Source: Paraphysomonas bandaiensis (Eukaryota > Protista > Chrysophyceae). Taken from it: a stretch of DNA of 64,000 nucleotides. The translations under genes and the position numbers were made by a program. The notes below the pieces were generated by a model, which saw only the letters and a list, made by a program, of their open reading frames with translations, did no database searches and had not been told where the DNA came from. The stretch's first letter is position 1. The number at the start of each line of letters is the position of its first letter. Shown piece by piece: positions 23,093-34,191 of the stretch. The stretch covers positions 1 to 64,000 of the forward strand of contig CBFFRP010000303.1 in the NCBI GenBank assembly GCA_965644295.1. The letters run 5' to 3'.

Positions 23093-25545
23093 CACAGGAA
23101 TATCTGTTGAGTTTTGCTGTTGGAGCAATTAAAAGCTGTAATTCTACCCATCAGTTATGTCTTGCGATGTGAAGATTCAATGTACAGCTCATGAGGTCTT
23201 GGTGGTTGCGTATCCGTCAGTTATGTCTCGTGGTTTGAAAAATCAATGTACAGCTTTGAATTGAGAGGGAGTGTTGAGTTTTGCTGTTTGAGCAATTAAA
23301 AGCTGTAATTCTAAGATATTGGAATTATGACGGTTACTGGAGAATACCGTAGTGGTTAACTGTATTATGAGAAGTGATATCATGACGATGTAAGATCGTA
23401 CTAGAAATGAATGGTAGTAGAGATAACGTGATATATTGCTTATTATATTTTTTTTTAATCTTCTCTCATCTTAACTTGATTCATGAGTGAATACACGTCC
23501 AGTTAACTTAGTAATCATCCAATTGTGTCATAACTTGACATGGTAGCGCATGGTAGTTGGAAGCAACTGCTGAAGTGTGACCATTGGAATGGAACTGGAC
23601 AGAGAAGTAGGAGTGATACTGCTGTGTACAGTAGAAACATACAGTATATAGGATATAAAACCAGTATTATTTTTGAAAATCGGGATTTTTTGATACGAAC
23701 ATGACAGAAAAAAAGTAGACTGGAAAAGATGACTGCGACTGTGCGTGTATGTTATAGTGGTTGATGAATGTATGAACCCTCTGCATGAAGAGACCCCATA
23801 TAATTATCAGAATGATGTCTACAATCGCGTGTGGATGTAGTGTGAGCACGGTGATTCAGTAATGTGTCTGATTGTGTGGATGGGGGTGCAGTGCTATCGA
23901 TGGGGGTGCGAGTGATGAGGACTCGTGTCCATTGTGTTATATATGATGAGAGTAGTTCCTCATGAGATAGATGGAGTGCTATCGATGAGGGGGCAATGTG
24001 ATATCAAGAGTCGCATCAATTAAGCCTACATTTGGTTGAAGAGTTCAACCATTTAATCGGACCATACCGTCATGTTGATGAAGGCTTCCTGTTTAGAGCT
24101 GCGAGAGTCGTAGTTCGGAAGGGTCCGATTGTGGCTTATAGAGCCTTAGTAACTGCTGGTAGAGAGCAGTTGGAGGAGAACTCCATTGCATGTTGGGGAT
24201 GTTGTATCTTTAACCAATATATGTATAAACGCTGGTGGTACGAAAAACCTGCGACCCGTGACGATGGGGCAGGTGGTGAGGAGCGATCGATGCCGGCTGG
24301 GGGTGGGACACCCAAACAGTTTACGGCAGATGACTCATCGGGGATAGAGATCCCAAGTGCCTACCCGAGAGAAGCGTTAGCGCTATGTCTAGTAGAGAGT
24401 CAAGCGTGTGTGTCCCTAGCAGGAGTAACGCTGCTAACCCGACTGCCTCAGGCAAAAAGGGTACGCACCCGAAGAGTTGTGACTGATGTGTCCACTCTGG
24501 GTGAGATCAACTTCCTATGTGGGGAAGATGCCGTTCATCAGTGGAGACCAGTGAGAAGAGTGTATGAGGCACATGTGTATGTACTGCATCGACGGCGTCT
24601 GGGGAGACCAGTAAGAGTTGTGTTGGTACTGTTCGTATTATATCTAGTGAAATTAGTGTGAACCGTGTCTGTGAGACTGTACCTGCTGAGTCTAGGGAGA
24701 CTTGTGTGGTAAGCGTACGGGTGTTGACTAGTAGTGTGTCCACCCTGGGTGAGGTAAACCTTTATGATGAGGAGATTGTCAATCTGTGTGATGACAGTGA
24801 CTGTTCTAATAACTAACATAATATGTCTAATTATAGAGAGACCAAGGCATAATATATGAGAAGTTTGTTAATTGCCTTGATTTGCTTCAGTATCAGGCTA
24901 TGTCTGCTGGCATGCAGGAACTGGTGTGGCTTCGGGGGGTGTTTGTCGAACTGGGATTTCGATTGTACGAACCCACTCCATTCTTCCTGACAGCCAGAGC
25001 GCACGTGACTTAGCGTTGAAGTTGAATGATGTGGTGTGATTGATCTCAGTGACGAGGATAAGAAATCATACGTGCTGTTATCAGAGACAGAAGATCTTTC
25101 AGATGTGTTGTCTATGGTGAGACTTGCTGAAACGTCGGAGTCATACGTCCACCGGTTTGTCCTATGAGGTTTTTGGTGGTTGCGTATCCGTCAGTTATGT
25201 CTCGTGATATGAAGAGTCTATCATGTCTCGTGATATGAAGAGTCTATCTTCAGCTTTGAATTGAGAGGGAGTGTTGAGTTTTGCTGTTGGAGCAATTAAA
25301 AGCTGTAATTCTACCCATCAGTTATGTCTTGCGATGTGAAGATTCAATGTACAGCTCATGAGGTCTTGGTGGTTGCGTATCCGTCAGTTATGTCTCGTGG
25401 TTTGAAAAATCAATGTACAGCTTTGAATTGAGAGGGAGTGTTGAGTTTTGCTGTTTGAGCAATTAAAAGCTGTAATTCTAAGATATTGGAATTATGACGG
25501 TTACTGGAGAATACCGTAGTGGTTAACTGTATTATGAGAAGTGAT

Positions 25546-28500
25546 TATTGACTAAAGACCATTTTCAGATGATTAAGATCGTTGTAAGAGAAGTTTAAGT
25601 TAGTCAAACCAGATAGATTACTTTATTATAATTGTATACACAATTGTGTGTGTTGTCATGTAACACATGTCAACAACATGATAAATTATTTCGTTCATGT
25701 TAACCACTGCTCAACTTCCGTATCTTGAATCGTCATGATATAATACTTCAGTTTCACAGTTATAGCTATATAGCACCTTTGACTATTGACTACGTATTAC
25801 TGTTTTTCACATTGTATTTAACGTATTCTACAGTACTATCTTAGAGAACCATACGTATTCCAACACTCCTCCTCAATGTAGAAACGAGTAATCGTCATTA
25901 TACTGCAGCTATATATATCATCTAGTCATCTTAGGATAAAACGGATGTGAAAATCTTCATAAAGATACTGTGAACATCACACTTCGCTGTAACACAGTTA
26001 TGTGGGATTCTTACCCACTAAAAACACACCCTTAACCTTTCTTGAACCGCTTCTTCTGATTCTTCTCAACTTCATTTGAAATGCTCCTCTTTTCCCCTGT
26101 GATAGTTTCTTCATGGAGTTTAAAGAGCTTTGTAGATAACGCTTTTGTAAATATGTCGGCCGCCATATCCTTAGTCGATACATGAATCAATCTGGCTGTA
26201 GGAAACCTTCCATTTACGTGTTCCCGAACCCAGTGGTACTTTATCTGAATATGTTTTGATCTTTTGTGATAGACTGGATTTTCTGACAGATCTTTTGCAC
26301 TCTTGCTGTCCATGAAGAATGGGGTTGGCTTCGTCAATGCGAGTCCTAGCTCTCGTAACACCCCCCGTAGCCACACCAGTTCTTGCATGGCCGCATATTC
26401 AGCCATATACTCGGACTCCATACTGGAAGTTGCAACTGTAGTCTGCAGTTTGGACTGCCATGCGATTGCTCCAGCACATAAGAATACAATATAACCGGTA
26501 GTTGAACGTCTCGTTAGTATATCACCTGCCCAGTCCGCATCACTAAATACATGTAAATCAAACTTACTCCCACTGAATTTGATTCCTTTGCTGGTGGTGC
26601 CTCTCAAATATTTCAATAAATGAATAGCTAAACGACACGATGCGTATGTAGGATTACTGCTGTATCTCGATAGTAATCCGATTGCATAGGCGAGATCTGG
26701 TCTTGTGTGGAGTGCGAGATACAGGATTGCTCCAATAATACTACGATACGGAAATTTTGAGACCCAGTCCTCCTGTTCTGATGTAAGTTCCCGTTCTGCA
26801 GCTAGTAGTTCTTGTGCATTTGATGGCAACGGAGCTTCCTTATTCTTTCTACTGTTTCCCATGACATGGTTGAATTTCTGAATCACTTTCTCCGCATACT
26901 GTGATTGATCTAGTTTGAACCAGTCTTCGCCTCTCGTGATTCGAATATTTAGGAAACTTTGGCACTCTCCCATGTCCCTCATTTCAAACGTTTGGCAGAA
27001 CTTGTTCTTGACAAAAACAAGGAATTCAAAATCCACAGATGCGATTATGATGTCATCTACATACAGGAGTAATAACGTAAGTTTGCCTTGGTGCCAACGA
27101 TAATATAAGCAGGTATCTAACACGCATGATCTAAACTGCATTGACTTTATGAATTTATCGATGTGGCGATTCCACTGACGCGGTGAGGCTCGTAAACCAT
27201 ATAGTGCTTTGATGAGTTTAAAACACCATCCATTGCTGAGCTCCTCATCTGGAGGTGGGTACATGTAGACATCTTCATCTAAATTTGCATAACAAAATGC
27301 AGAACTGACATCAAGCTGGTGTACATGCATATGGAACATAAAAGCAATTGCAATCACGAGCCTGATAGTTATCCCTTTGACAACCGGTGCAAATGTAGAT
27401 GGCTCCTCCTCAGTTTTCTCCTGAAGATTTCCTAGTGCGACTAGTCGAGCTTTATACTTCTGTATGTTGCCTAGTATGTCACGCTTGAGTTTGTGAACAT
27501 ACTTACATCTGATTAATTTGACCCCAGATGGTCGACGTACTATCTTCAAAACGCCTCTTCGTAAAAGAGCTTTCTTCTCTATTCGTCTGGCTGTTCTCCA
27601 TTCTTCCGCTTGAGGGGACCTCTCCGCCTCTAGAAAACTGTTCGGTTCATGGACGTGTTTATTCTCAGTACTCTCCTCTGAATCCATGACATTTACATCG
27701 GCATCCATTACCTCTATCATGTTAATTTCTCCTAACACTGAAGCATTAGCTAGCCTCCTCCGTAAACGCTTACGTTTCTCTGCATCCCTTTTAGATACTC
27801 TCTGTAGGGTATTAGTACTGTTAGAATTTATAGTATCAGTATATTCAGGTACTCCCTGTTTTACTGCTCGATCAGGTTCTCCCTGAGCTGCATCTGCATC
27901 AAGTACTCCTTGAGTCATATCTTCATCAGGTGCTCCCTGAATAATACCATGGTTAACTAGCTGCTCCTGATGGCTCTCAGGTGCTGGGATAGTGGACGTA
28001 CTCCGTCCATCAGTGGTACTAGAAGCGTCCCTCGTTCCCGTATATCCCGTGTATCCAGGCGTATTCCTTGTCATTACCTGAACATCTTCTATATGTATGG
28101 GTACCTTCTGCTCAATGTGGGTTCTCCCCGCAGTTACAAGTGACCGATAACCAACAATGACACCCTTTCTTTCTACCACTCTGGTGGTCTTGTACAACAG
28201 CCCGTCTTCATCGTCTATGTGAAAAGTCTTCACGAGATGCTGATAATCATTCACCGTCTTTGGTCTAGGTGCTGTTCGTACTCGAAGAGCGTCGATTTCT
28301 GCGTAATATTCTTCGGTGCGGGAAGGTATACTCTCATCTGTGAGTATGTGTACACACGTAATTACCTTATCGGTTGCTGGGAGATACACCTGGTATCCAA
28401 CTTTATCTTCCGAATATCCCACTAGGTATCCAATCTTTGATTTATCGTCCCAGTCCTTTCGCCTGTCCGCCTTAGGTGTCAATATATAAGTTTTGCACCC

Positions 28501-31053
28501 CCATACTCTAAAATATTTCAAACTGGGTGGCTGACCCGTGACATACTCATATGGGGACATGTATCCTCTGTCCGTCCTTGTAGGGAGTCTGATCAGTGTA
28601 TAGCGAGCAGCATGATACGCGTCTAACCAGAATGGAACCGGTAGGCCTGACTGCAACAACATCGCCAACGCCATCTCTGATGCAGTCCTGAATTTTCGCT
28701 CCTCTACTGCATTCATTTCCGGACTATCTGTTGAAGACCAAGTATGTTTGTAGCAGCCTTGTGATCTCAAATAGCTCCTAAGTTCTTGATTTATGAGTTC
28801 TCCAGCTCCATCAGCGTGGTAGTGGTCCACTCTCAGCTTATATTGCCTAATCTCTCCTTCGAACACCTCTCTAAAAAACTGAATCACTTCTTCTTTAGTA
28901 CGCTGGTTTACGCCTTTTACCCAGAACATCCTACTCGGGTGATGAGTTAGTTTGATCACGTAGCGCTCATCACCTCGAGCGGGAGTATTCAGAAATACTT
29001 GCACATCAGCCGATATGTCCGGCTTGACATCCGTATCCTCCTTTGTGTGAAACGAAACTCTCGTAATCTTTGATCTGGCACATATGCTACAGAGACAAGA
29101 TTTTTTTAATGCAGTCTTCGATAGGTGCTTCCTCTGCAGATTTGAGCCAGTGAACAACATCCTTCTATGTGCCTCCGTTAGAGCCCCTTTGTTGAAATGG
29201 CCCATTCTCCTATGCAGCAGTTCCAGCTCGTCCTCACCAGTCCTATCGCTAAGATTTACTTCACAATTACTCGGTGTAGACACATCTGGAAGCTCCAACA
29301 GCTGCTGAGTTGGAACTGCAGTCATTCCATTCTTCATGGGTCCCTCCAGTACCAGCTCACCGGTATTACAGTCATAAATTTGGATCCCATACCACACCGT
29401 GAATCGATAGCCCATTTCGTTCAGCTTACGTCCGGAGCACAGGCATCGATTGATCTGATCTGAAATTTCTATGTCTCTCCATGCTCCACGGGAACCCACA
29501 CTTGTGATATGAATCTCTGATCCCTTCTTAGATCCGTTTATCACCTTTGATGTATTCATATGAGTGTCAAGCATGGTCACATCATTCATCAAGAACATTG
29601 ATGATGAACAGCATGTATCTATGTATGTATAGTGTTCAGCAGTACCAATCATACAACATGTGTCACTTTTATCATATATATCAACAGCGCAGTCATAAAG
29701 CATATTCGCTTCGGACTCCGAGTCAGACTCGGTTCCTCCTCTGCGGATATTCTCGAATGTGAAAACCTTCCCAGATTTCTGGGGTTTCTTGGTCTTTCCA
29801 GTCGAATTTCGGGGACATTCGTTCGCGCGATGGTTTTTGGATTTGCATACTCTGCATCCTGTATATTCCTTACTGCCCGGTCTTTGTCCCTTCGTTTCCC
29901 CCTTTTTCTTCCTACATTGTTCTGTATTATGATTGTGTATTATACCTTTCTTCGAGCAATAAGTGCACTTCCTCTTTGTAGATACTCTCTCTTTCTTTCG
30001 AGGCTTTTCAATATGATTCAGCTCCTCCGTGCTCTTGCGCTTCTTCTCTATGATTTTCCTCCCATACTTGGTGTCGTCGAACTGTTCGATACGTTTGGAT
30101 AGCAATTCATATGGTACATCATCGGGCATTAAATACAGGGCATAATTCAAACCGTCATATTCATCACTGATAATTCCCTCCTTCAGCCTACTAATTTTTG
30201 ATTCTTCCGTTACCGTTTGGTTATGCGCCTGAAGTTCACGAAGAAGCAGCTCAAAACGCAGTACATACTCTTTCGCGGTCTCCCCTGGCTTCATCTCGAA
30301 TGATCCAAACTGAGCAAGCAGAGCACTAATCTTGTTTTGTGTTCCCCCTTCAAAACACGATTTAAGAGTGCTAACCATCTCTCTGGCGCTGAACTTATTA
30401 ACTCTTCCTTCAGCTGCCTTGAACTCCTTGTGCTTCAGATGAAACTTCTGCAGCGCCTTCGGAGATCGCTTCACCGCCTCTCTGCAGTATGAGTAGGCAA
30501 TTGCATTCGCCTTCCAATACTTGTCCACCGCTTCTTTGTAGGACTTGGTCTCAAGACTATTCAGGGGTTGAATTCCGAAATCCTCTTCCTCTGGTGGCCT
30601 TTCTAGAGCCACCTCACTCTGCTCCTTTCTCATAAGGAACGTCTCAAAGTCTTCGATCCATTGTTCAACGTTGCTCTCGTCGAACCATGGAACATCAGCT
30701 CTATCCTCCTTCTCTCCTCCGCATTCGCTACCATATTGACTAAAGACCATTTTCAGATGATTAAGATCGTTGTAAGAGAAGTTTAAGTTAGTCAAACCAG
30801 ATAGATTACTTTATTATAATTGTATACACAATTGTGTGTGTTGTCATGTAACACATGTCAACAACATGATAAATTATTTCGTTCATGTTAACCACTGCTC
30901 AACTTCCGTATCTTGAATCGTCATGATATAATACTTCAGTTTCACAGTTATAGCTATATAGCACCTTTGACTATTGACTACGTATTACTGTTTTTCACAT
31001 TGTATTTAACGTATTCTACAGTACTATCTTAGAGAACCATACGTATTCCAACA
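25546..31053 (-). mobile_element. Intact Ty1/copia LTR retrotransposon, element 2 (320-bp LTRs at 25546-25865 and 30734-31053)
   Basis: LTRs identical by eye; TSD GTGAT (25541-25545, 31054-31058); PBS TGGTAGCGAA; PPT ATTGAGGAGGAG. Confidence 0.98.
26032..30795 (-). CDS. Copia Gag-Pol polyprotein (uninterrupted; likely start at the MVFSQ ATG, 30750)
   Basis: 1587-aa ORF with CCHC knuckles, protease, integrase (HHCC, DGAGE), RT YVDD and RNase H DADWAGD. Confidence 0.97.
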   Translation of the reverse strand: MTNLNFSYNDLNHLKMVFSQYGSECGGEKEDRADVPWFDESNVEQWIEDFETFLMRKEQSEVALERPPEEEDFGIQPLNSLETKSYKEAVDKYWKANAIAYSYCREAVKRSPKALQKFHLKHKEFKAAEGRVNKFSAREMVSTLKSCFEGGTQNKISALLAQFGSFEMKPGETAKEYVLRFELLLRELQAHNQTVTEESKISRLKEGIISDEYDGLNYALYLMPDDVPYELLSKRIEQFDDTKYGRKIIEKKRKSTEELNHIEKPRKKERVSTKRKCTYCSKKGIIHNHNTEQCRKKKGETKGQRPGSKEYTGCRVCKSKNHRANECPRNSTGKTKKPQKSGKVFTFENIRRGGTESDSESEANMLYDCAVDIYDKSDTCCMIGTAEHYTYIDTCCSSSMFLMNDVTMLDTHMNTSKVINGSKKGSEIHITSVGSRGAWRDIEISDQINRCLCSGRKLNEMGYRFTVWYGIQIYDCNTGELVLEGPMKNGMTAVPTQQLLELPDVSTPSNCEVNLSDRTGEDELELLHRRMGHFNKGALTEAHRRMLFTGSNLQRKHLSKTALKKSCLCSICARSKITRVSFHTKEDTDVKPDISADVQVFLNTPARGDERYVIKLTHHPSRMFWVKGVNQRTKEEVIQFFREVFEGEIRQYKLRVDHYHADGAGELINQELRSYLRSQGCYKHTWSSTDSPEMNAVEERKFRTASEMALAMLLQSGLPVPFWLDAYHAARYTLIRLPTRTDRGYMSPYEYVTGQPPSLKYFRVWGCKTYILTPKADRRKDWDDKSKIGYLVGYSEDKVGYQVYLPATDKVITCVHILTDESIPSRTEEYYAEIDALRVRTAPRPKTVNDYQHLVKTFHIDDEDGLLYKTTRVVERKGVIVGYRSLVTAGRTHIEQKVPIHIEDVQVMTRNTPGYTGYTGTRDASSTTDGRSTSTIPAPESHQEQLVNHGIIQGAPDEDMTQGVLDADAAQGEPDRAVKQGVPEYTDTINSNSTNTLQRVSKRDAEKRKRLRRRLANASVLGEINMIEVMDADVNVMDSEESTENKHVHEPNSFLEAERSPQAEEWRTARRIEKKALLRRGVLKIVRRPSGVKLIRCKYVHKLKRDILGNIQKYKARLVALGNLQEKTEEEPSTFAPVVKGITIRLVIAIAFMFHMHVHQLDVSSAFCYANLDEDVYMYPPPDEELSNGWCFKLIKALYGLRASPRQWNRHIDKFIKSMQFRSCVLDTCLYYRWHQGKLTLLLLYVDDIIIASVDFEFLVFVKNKFCQTFEMRDMGECQSFLNIRITRGEDWFKLDQSQYAEKVIQKFNHVMGNSRKNKEAPLPSNAQELLAAERELTSEQEDWVSKFPYRSIIGAILYLALHTRPDLAYAIGLLSRYSSNPTYASCRLAIHLLKYLRGTTSKGIKFSGSKFDLHVFSDADWAGDILTRRSTTGYIVFLCAGAIAWQSKLQTTVATSSMESEYMAEYAAMQELVWLRGVLRELGLALTKPTPFFMDSKSAKDLSENPVYHKRSKHIQIKYHWVREHVNGRFPTARLIHVSTKDMAADIFTKALSTKLFKLHEETITGEKRSISNEVEKNQKKRFKKG

Positions 31054-31622
31054 GTGATATCATGACGATGTAAGATCGTACTAGAAATGAATGGTAGTAG
31101 AGATAACGTGATATATTGCTTATTATATTTTTTTTTAATCTTCTCTCATCTTAACTTGATTCATGAGTGAATACACGTCCAGTTAACTTAGTAATCATCC
31201 AATTGTGTCATAACTTGACAATATCGATAGTTTTGATCAAAGTTTTTGGAAGTTCTATAGCGGCGATTATGCCCCAAATTTGCTGATAGTGTGTGATAAC
31301 TGAATACTTGTGACTTGGGGATGTCGTCTCAAAGCAAACAGATCAAAAGGTATCAATACAGTAAATACTAAATCAAGCAGTAAACATTTCCTGGTATTTC
31401 TATCTAATACTTAAAGTTATTAGTTATATAGAAGCGCTATATCAAGTCCCCCCGCCAAAACACCGCTCTGCTATGAAATCGCATCTACCTATGCAAGTGA
31501 CTCAAGGATTCAGTATACAATCAGGATACAATATACCCCTTCCATCTACCATTGATCACATTTACATACCCTACTTTCATAGCAGATTTCCTTAAGATAT
31601 ACTACACAATTTTCTCCATTTC

Positions 31623-33650
31623 TTAACACTCAACGTTTCCAGCCAGATACACCCTTAACACATCTTGACACAGAAACACAACATAGAGAGCCAACATCGT
31701 CCACCCCAGGCCGTAGCTCATCTTCCACGACGAGATGACGATACTGGTTATTACCGCAGCAACCATACCAACCAACACCACTACAGATATGAACAGATTA
31801 TCTGCGCCCACAACCACCGGGCAGTCCATGACAATATTAAAAAGCATCCACGGAACGGGAAGTCCAACACAGACATCGAATATGTTGCTACCAATTGAAG
31901 ATGAGACGGCCATATCACCCTTACCCGCTTTAGCCACTACAACAGAGGATAAAAGATCTGGAACACTCGTTCCAGCAGCAAGAATGGTGAGCCCCATCAC
32001 CACTGCAGGTACACCAATGGTAGCTCCCAGTGTTGTAATCCAATCTACGAGTAAGTAGGAATAGGCTCCGATCCAAGCGATTGCAGCAAAAAATTCGAAG
32101 AAACACCACCCACCGTTACCTGGAATACGAACATCTTTTATACCTACAGTGCACGCAAGGGTCCATGTTATAGGAGCCATAAATAGGTACATCATATTGC
32201 TTTTCCAGTTGTCCTTAGGAAAATCCAGCAACTCTCCCCATATTCCCTCCGCGGCCTCCGCCGCAATCTCCGCGTCATGCAGCTTATCATCCCAAAACGG
32301 CGAGTGTTCAAACCAATCCGAAAACTCCTCCCAAGATATCAGCCCTTTACTGTTCTCTTTATCTTTAAACTTCTGAATAGCTTCCTCTAGTTCAGTAGGG
32401 TGATGATGCACCTGCATTCTTGTCAACAACTTCGTCAAGTTTTCGACAGGAATGTATCCTGTCTTATTTACATCGAATTCGTTAAACATTTTTCTTTCTT
32501 CATTTTGTAATCTCTCTGCCGACTTAACATACCAAACAGTAAATTCGGAAAAATCGACAACGCCATTTTGGTCAATATCGAGTTCCTTCATTACTTCGGC
32601 AACATGTTCATCGGTTATGCTGTCCGTATTCATATCACACAATTGTAGTAGAAGACTTTTAATTTCTTGTGCATCTAGATTGCCTGATTTATCGGTGTCT
32701 AACTTATCAAAAACGGTACGGACATCACCCTTAATTTTATACACGACATGAACTCCAGCAGTGTCAAACACAGATGCATTTTGCGTGAGAAGTTGAACAA
32801 AACCCGCCCGGTAATGTGAAGGAAACACCAATGATCCGCGGCGCATGACCTTGTCGTCATATTCATCGCTATCTTCGTCACCAATTTTATTTCCAACAAA
32901 ATGATGATAGAGCTTCTCGTTGTAGGCCATTAAAGTGCAATACCCAAGGTACAACAGAAACAGAAAGCAAGCCTCCCACCCTTCAATAATACCTGGAGAA
33001 TTTACACCAAACACAAGAGCAACCATCAGTAGAGTGACGATGTAATAAAGACTATCGCGGGCGAGCGGCCATCCAGTGAGTTTCAACGGTGCCAAATCTT
33101 TAGGTGTAAACATTACACAACACGCTATGACAAACAAGACATTGAAAACCGCAGACCCAACGATAGTACCGAAGCCAACATCAGATCCCTGAAACGTACC
33201 AATTAAAGAGGTCGCCAATTCTGGAGCAGACCCCCCTGCAGCCATAAGAGTAGCGCCCGCAACATCGTCACTGACCTCCCACCGTGCAGCAATTTCCTCC
33301 AATGCCGGCACGAAAAATTCATCGCACACGATGGCAATTGCAACAAAGAGATAAAGACATCCAATAAAGTATCCAACTGCGAGTCCAGGAGGATTCGCTG
33401 GTTCTGGACACCCGTTCCTATCGTCTTTGTCATCGTCATTCGAAGGGAGATCGCAGAGTGGGCTGCGGGTCAAACGTCTACTGGTATGTAAAGTCAGACT
33501 CGATGTGACATTTTCCCGGTATGTATATACTACAAATAGGGCGAATACAGCCATAGCGCAGAAAGACGCAACTTCAACCCATTTCGGAGCGCCAAGTCGA
33601 AGTCGCCGTTGCTTTCTCTGACCTTTATCTACATCTCTATTTCTACCCAT
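31623..33650 (-). CDS. K+-dependent Na+/Ca2+ exchanger (NCKX/SLC24-like, CaCA family) with EF-hands in the central loop
   Basis: Alpha repeats GATLMAAGGSAPEL and GLTILAAGTSVPD, GSNIFD; EF loops DTDKSGNLDAQE, DIDQNGVVDFSE, DVNKTGYIPVEN. Confidence 0.93.
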   Translation of the reverse strand: MGRNRDVDKGQRKQRRLRLGAPKWVEVASFCAMAVFALFVVYTYRENVTSSLTLHTSRRLTRSPLCDLPSNDDDKDDRNGCPEPANPPGLAVGYFIGCLYLFVAIAIVCDEFFVPALEEIAARWEVSDDVAGATLMAAGGSAPELATSLIGTFQGSDVGFGTIVGSAVFNVLFVIACCVMFTPKDLAPLKLTGWPLARDSLYYIVTLLMVALVFGVNSPGIIEGWEACFLFLLYLGYCTLMAYNEKLYHHFVGNKIGDEDSDEYDDKVMRRGSLVFPSHYRAGFVQLLTQNASVFDTAGVHVVYKIKGDVRTVFDKLDTDKSGNLDAQEIKSLLLQLCDMNTDSITDEHVAEVMKELDIDQNGVVDFSEFTVWYVKSAERLQNEERKMFNEFDVNKTGYIPVENLTKLLTRMQVHHHPTELEEAIQKFKDKENSKGLISWEEFSDWFEHSPFWDDKLHDAEIAAEAAEGIWGELLDFPKDNWKSNMMYLFMAPITWTLACTVGIKDVRIPGNGGWCFFEFFAAIAWIGAYSYLLVDWITTLGATIGVPAVVMGLTILAAGTSVPDLLSSVVVAKAGKGDMAVSSSIGSNIFDVCVGLPVPWMLFNIVMDCPVVVGADNLFISVVVLVGMVAAVITSIVISSWKMSYGLGWTMLALYVVFLCQDVLRVYLAGNVEC

Positions 33651-34191
33651 TGTGAAGGGTGAGCACTATAATTCTATGACTTCTTGCAGAAATTTGGTCC
33701 AGTGGAGGGGCATTGATGAAGAAGAAACTTGGCTATGAGTATGTGTGGGCTGTTGTTGTATTAATACTGTGGATGAGATGCATGGAGATGGAGCCGCTAT
33801 GGAGACTCTAGATGAATGTTGAAACGTCCAGATCAATGTACAGCAACACTCCATATAGAATACACTGTATTCCACACTCATGTGTTGCAACCGCCGCTTT
33901 CAGTTTATGTGGCGTCACTGCTTTGAAGTCTGCTGCTCTATACTCACAGTGATAGTATCTTGTGGAGTCATCCATTTTTCAGTATAGCAGTCGGCATCAA
34001 TGTGACCAGAAACGTTGAGCGGTACCGCAGTATTCAATGCAAGTCTTTTAAACTCAATCTCCGGTCAATTACATCACTCTACGTGACGCTTTATCTCTGC
34101 ATCGCATTGATATTCTACTGTAGCTGATTCAGTAAAAGTAACGAGTTACTTTCTTTTACTTTAGTTTCTAGCCTAATTGATAAGAACAACA

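Larger units (their letters stand above)
23105..31220 (+). mobile_element. Non-autonomous copia-derived LTR element 3: 5' LTR 23105-23540, degenerate interior 23541-25271, 3' LTR 25272-25545 + 31059-31220 (split by element 2)
   Basis: TG...CA ends; TSD ATATC (23100-23104, 31221-31225); PBS TGGTAGCGC at 23541; PPT TTGAGAGGGAG at 25261; integrase-tail remnant at 24050-24190 and RNase H remnant (MQELVWLRG) at ~24912. Confidence 0.93.

Noticed and set aside
24032-24661. 209-aa ORF as a functional gene
   Set aside because: Non-ATG start; frameshifted integrase-tail remnant within element 3.
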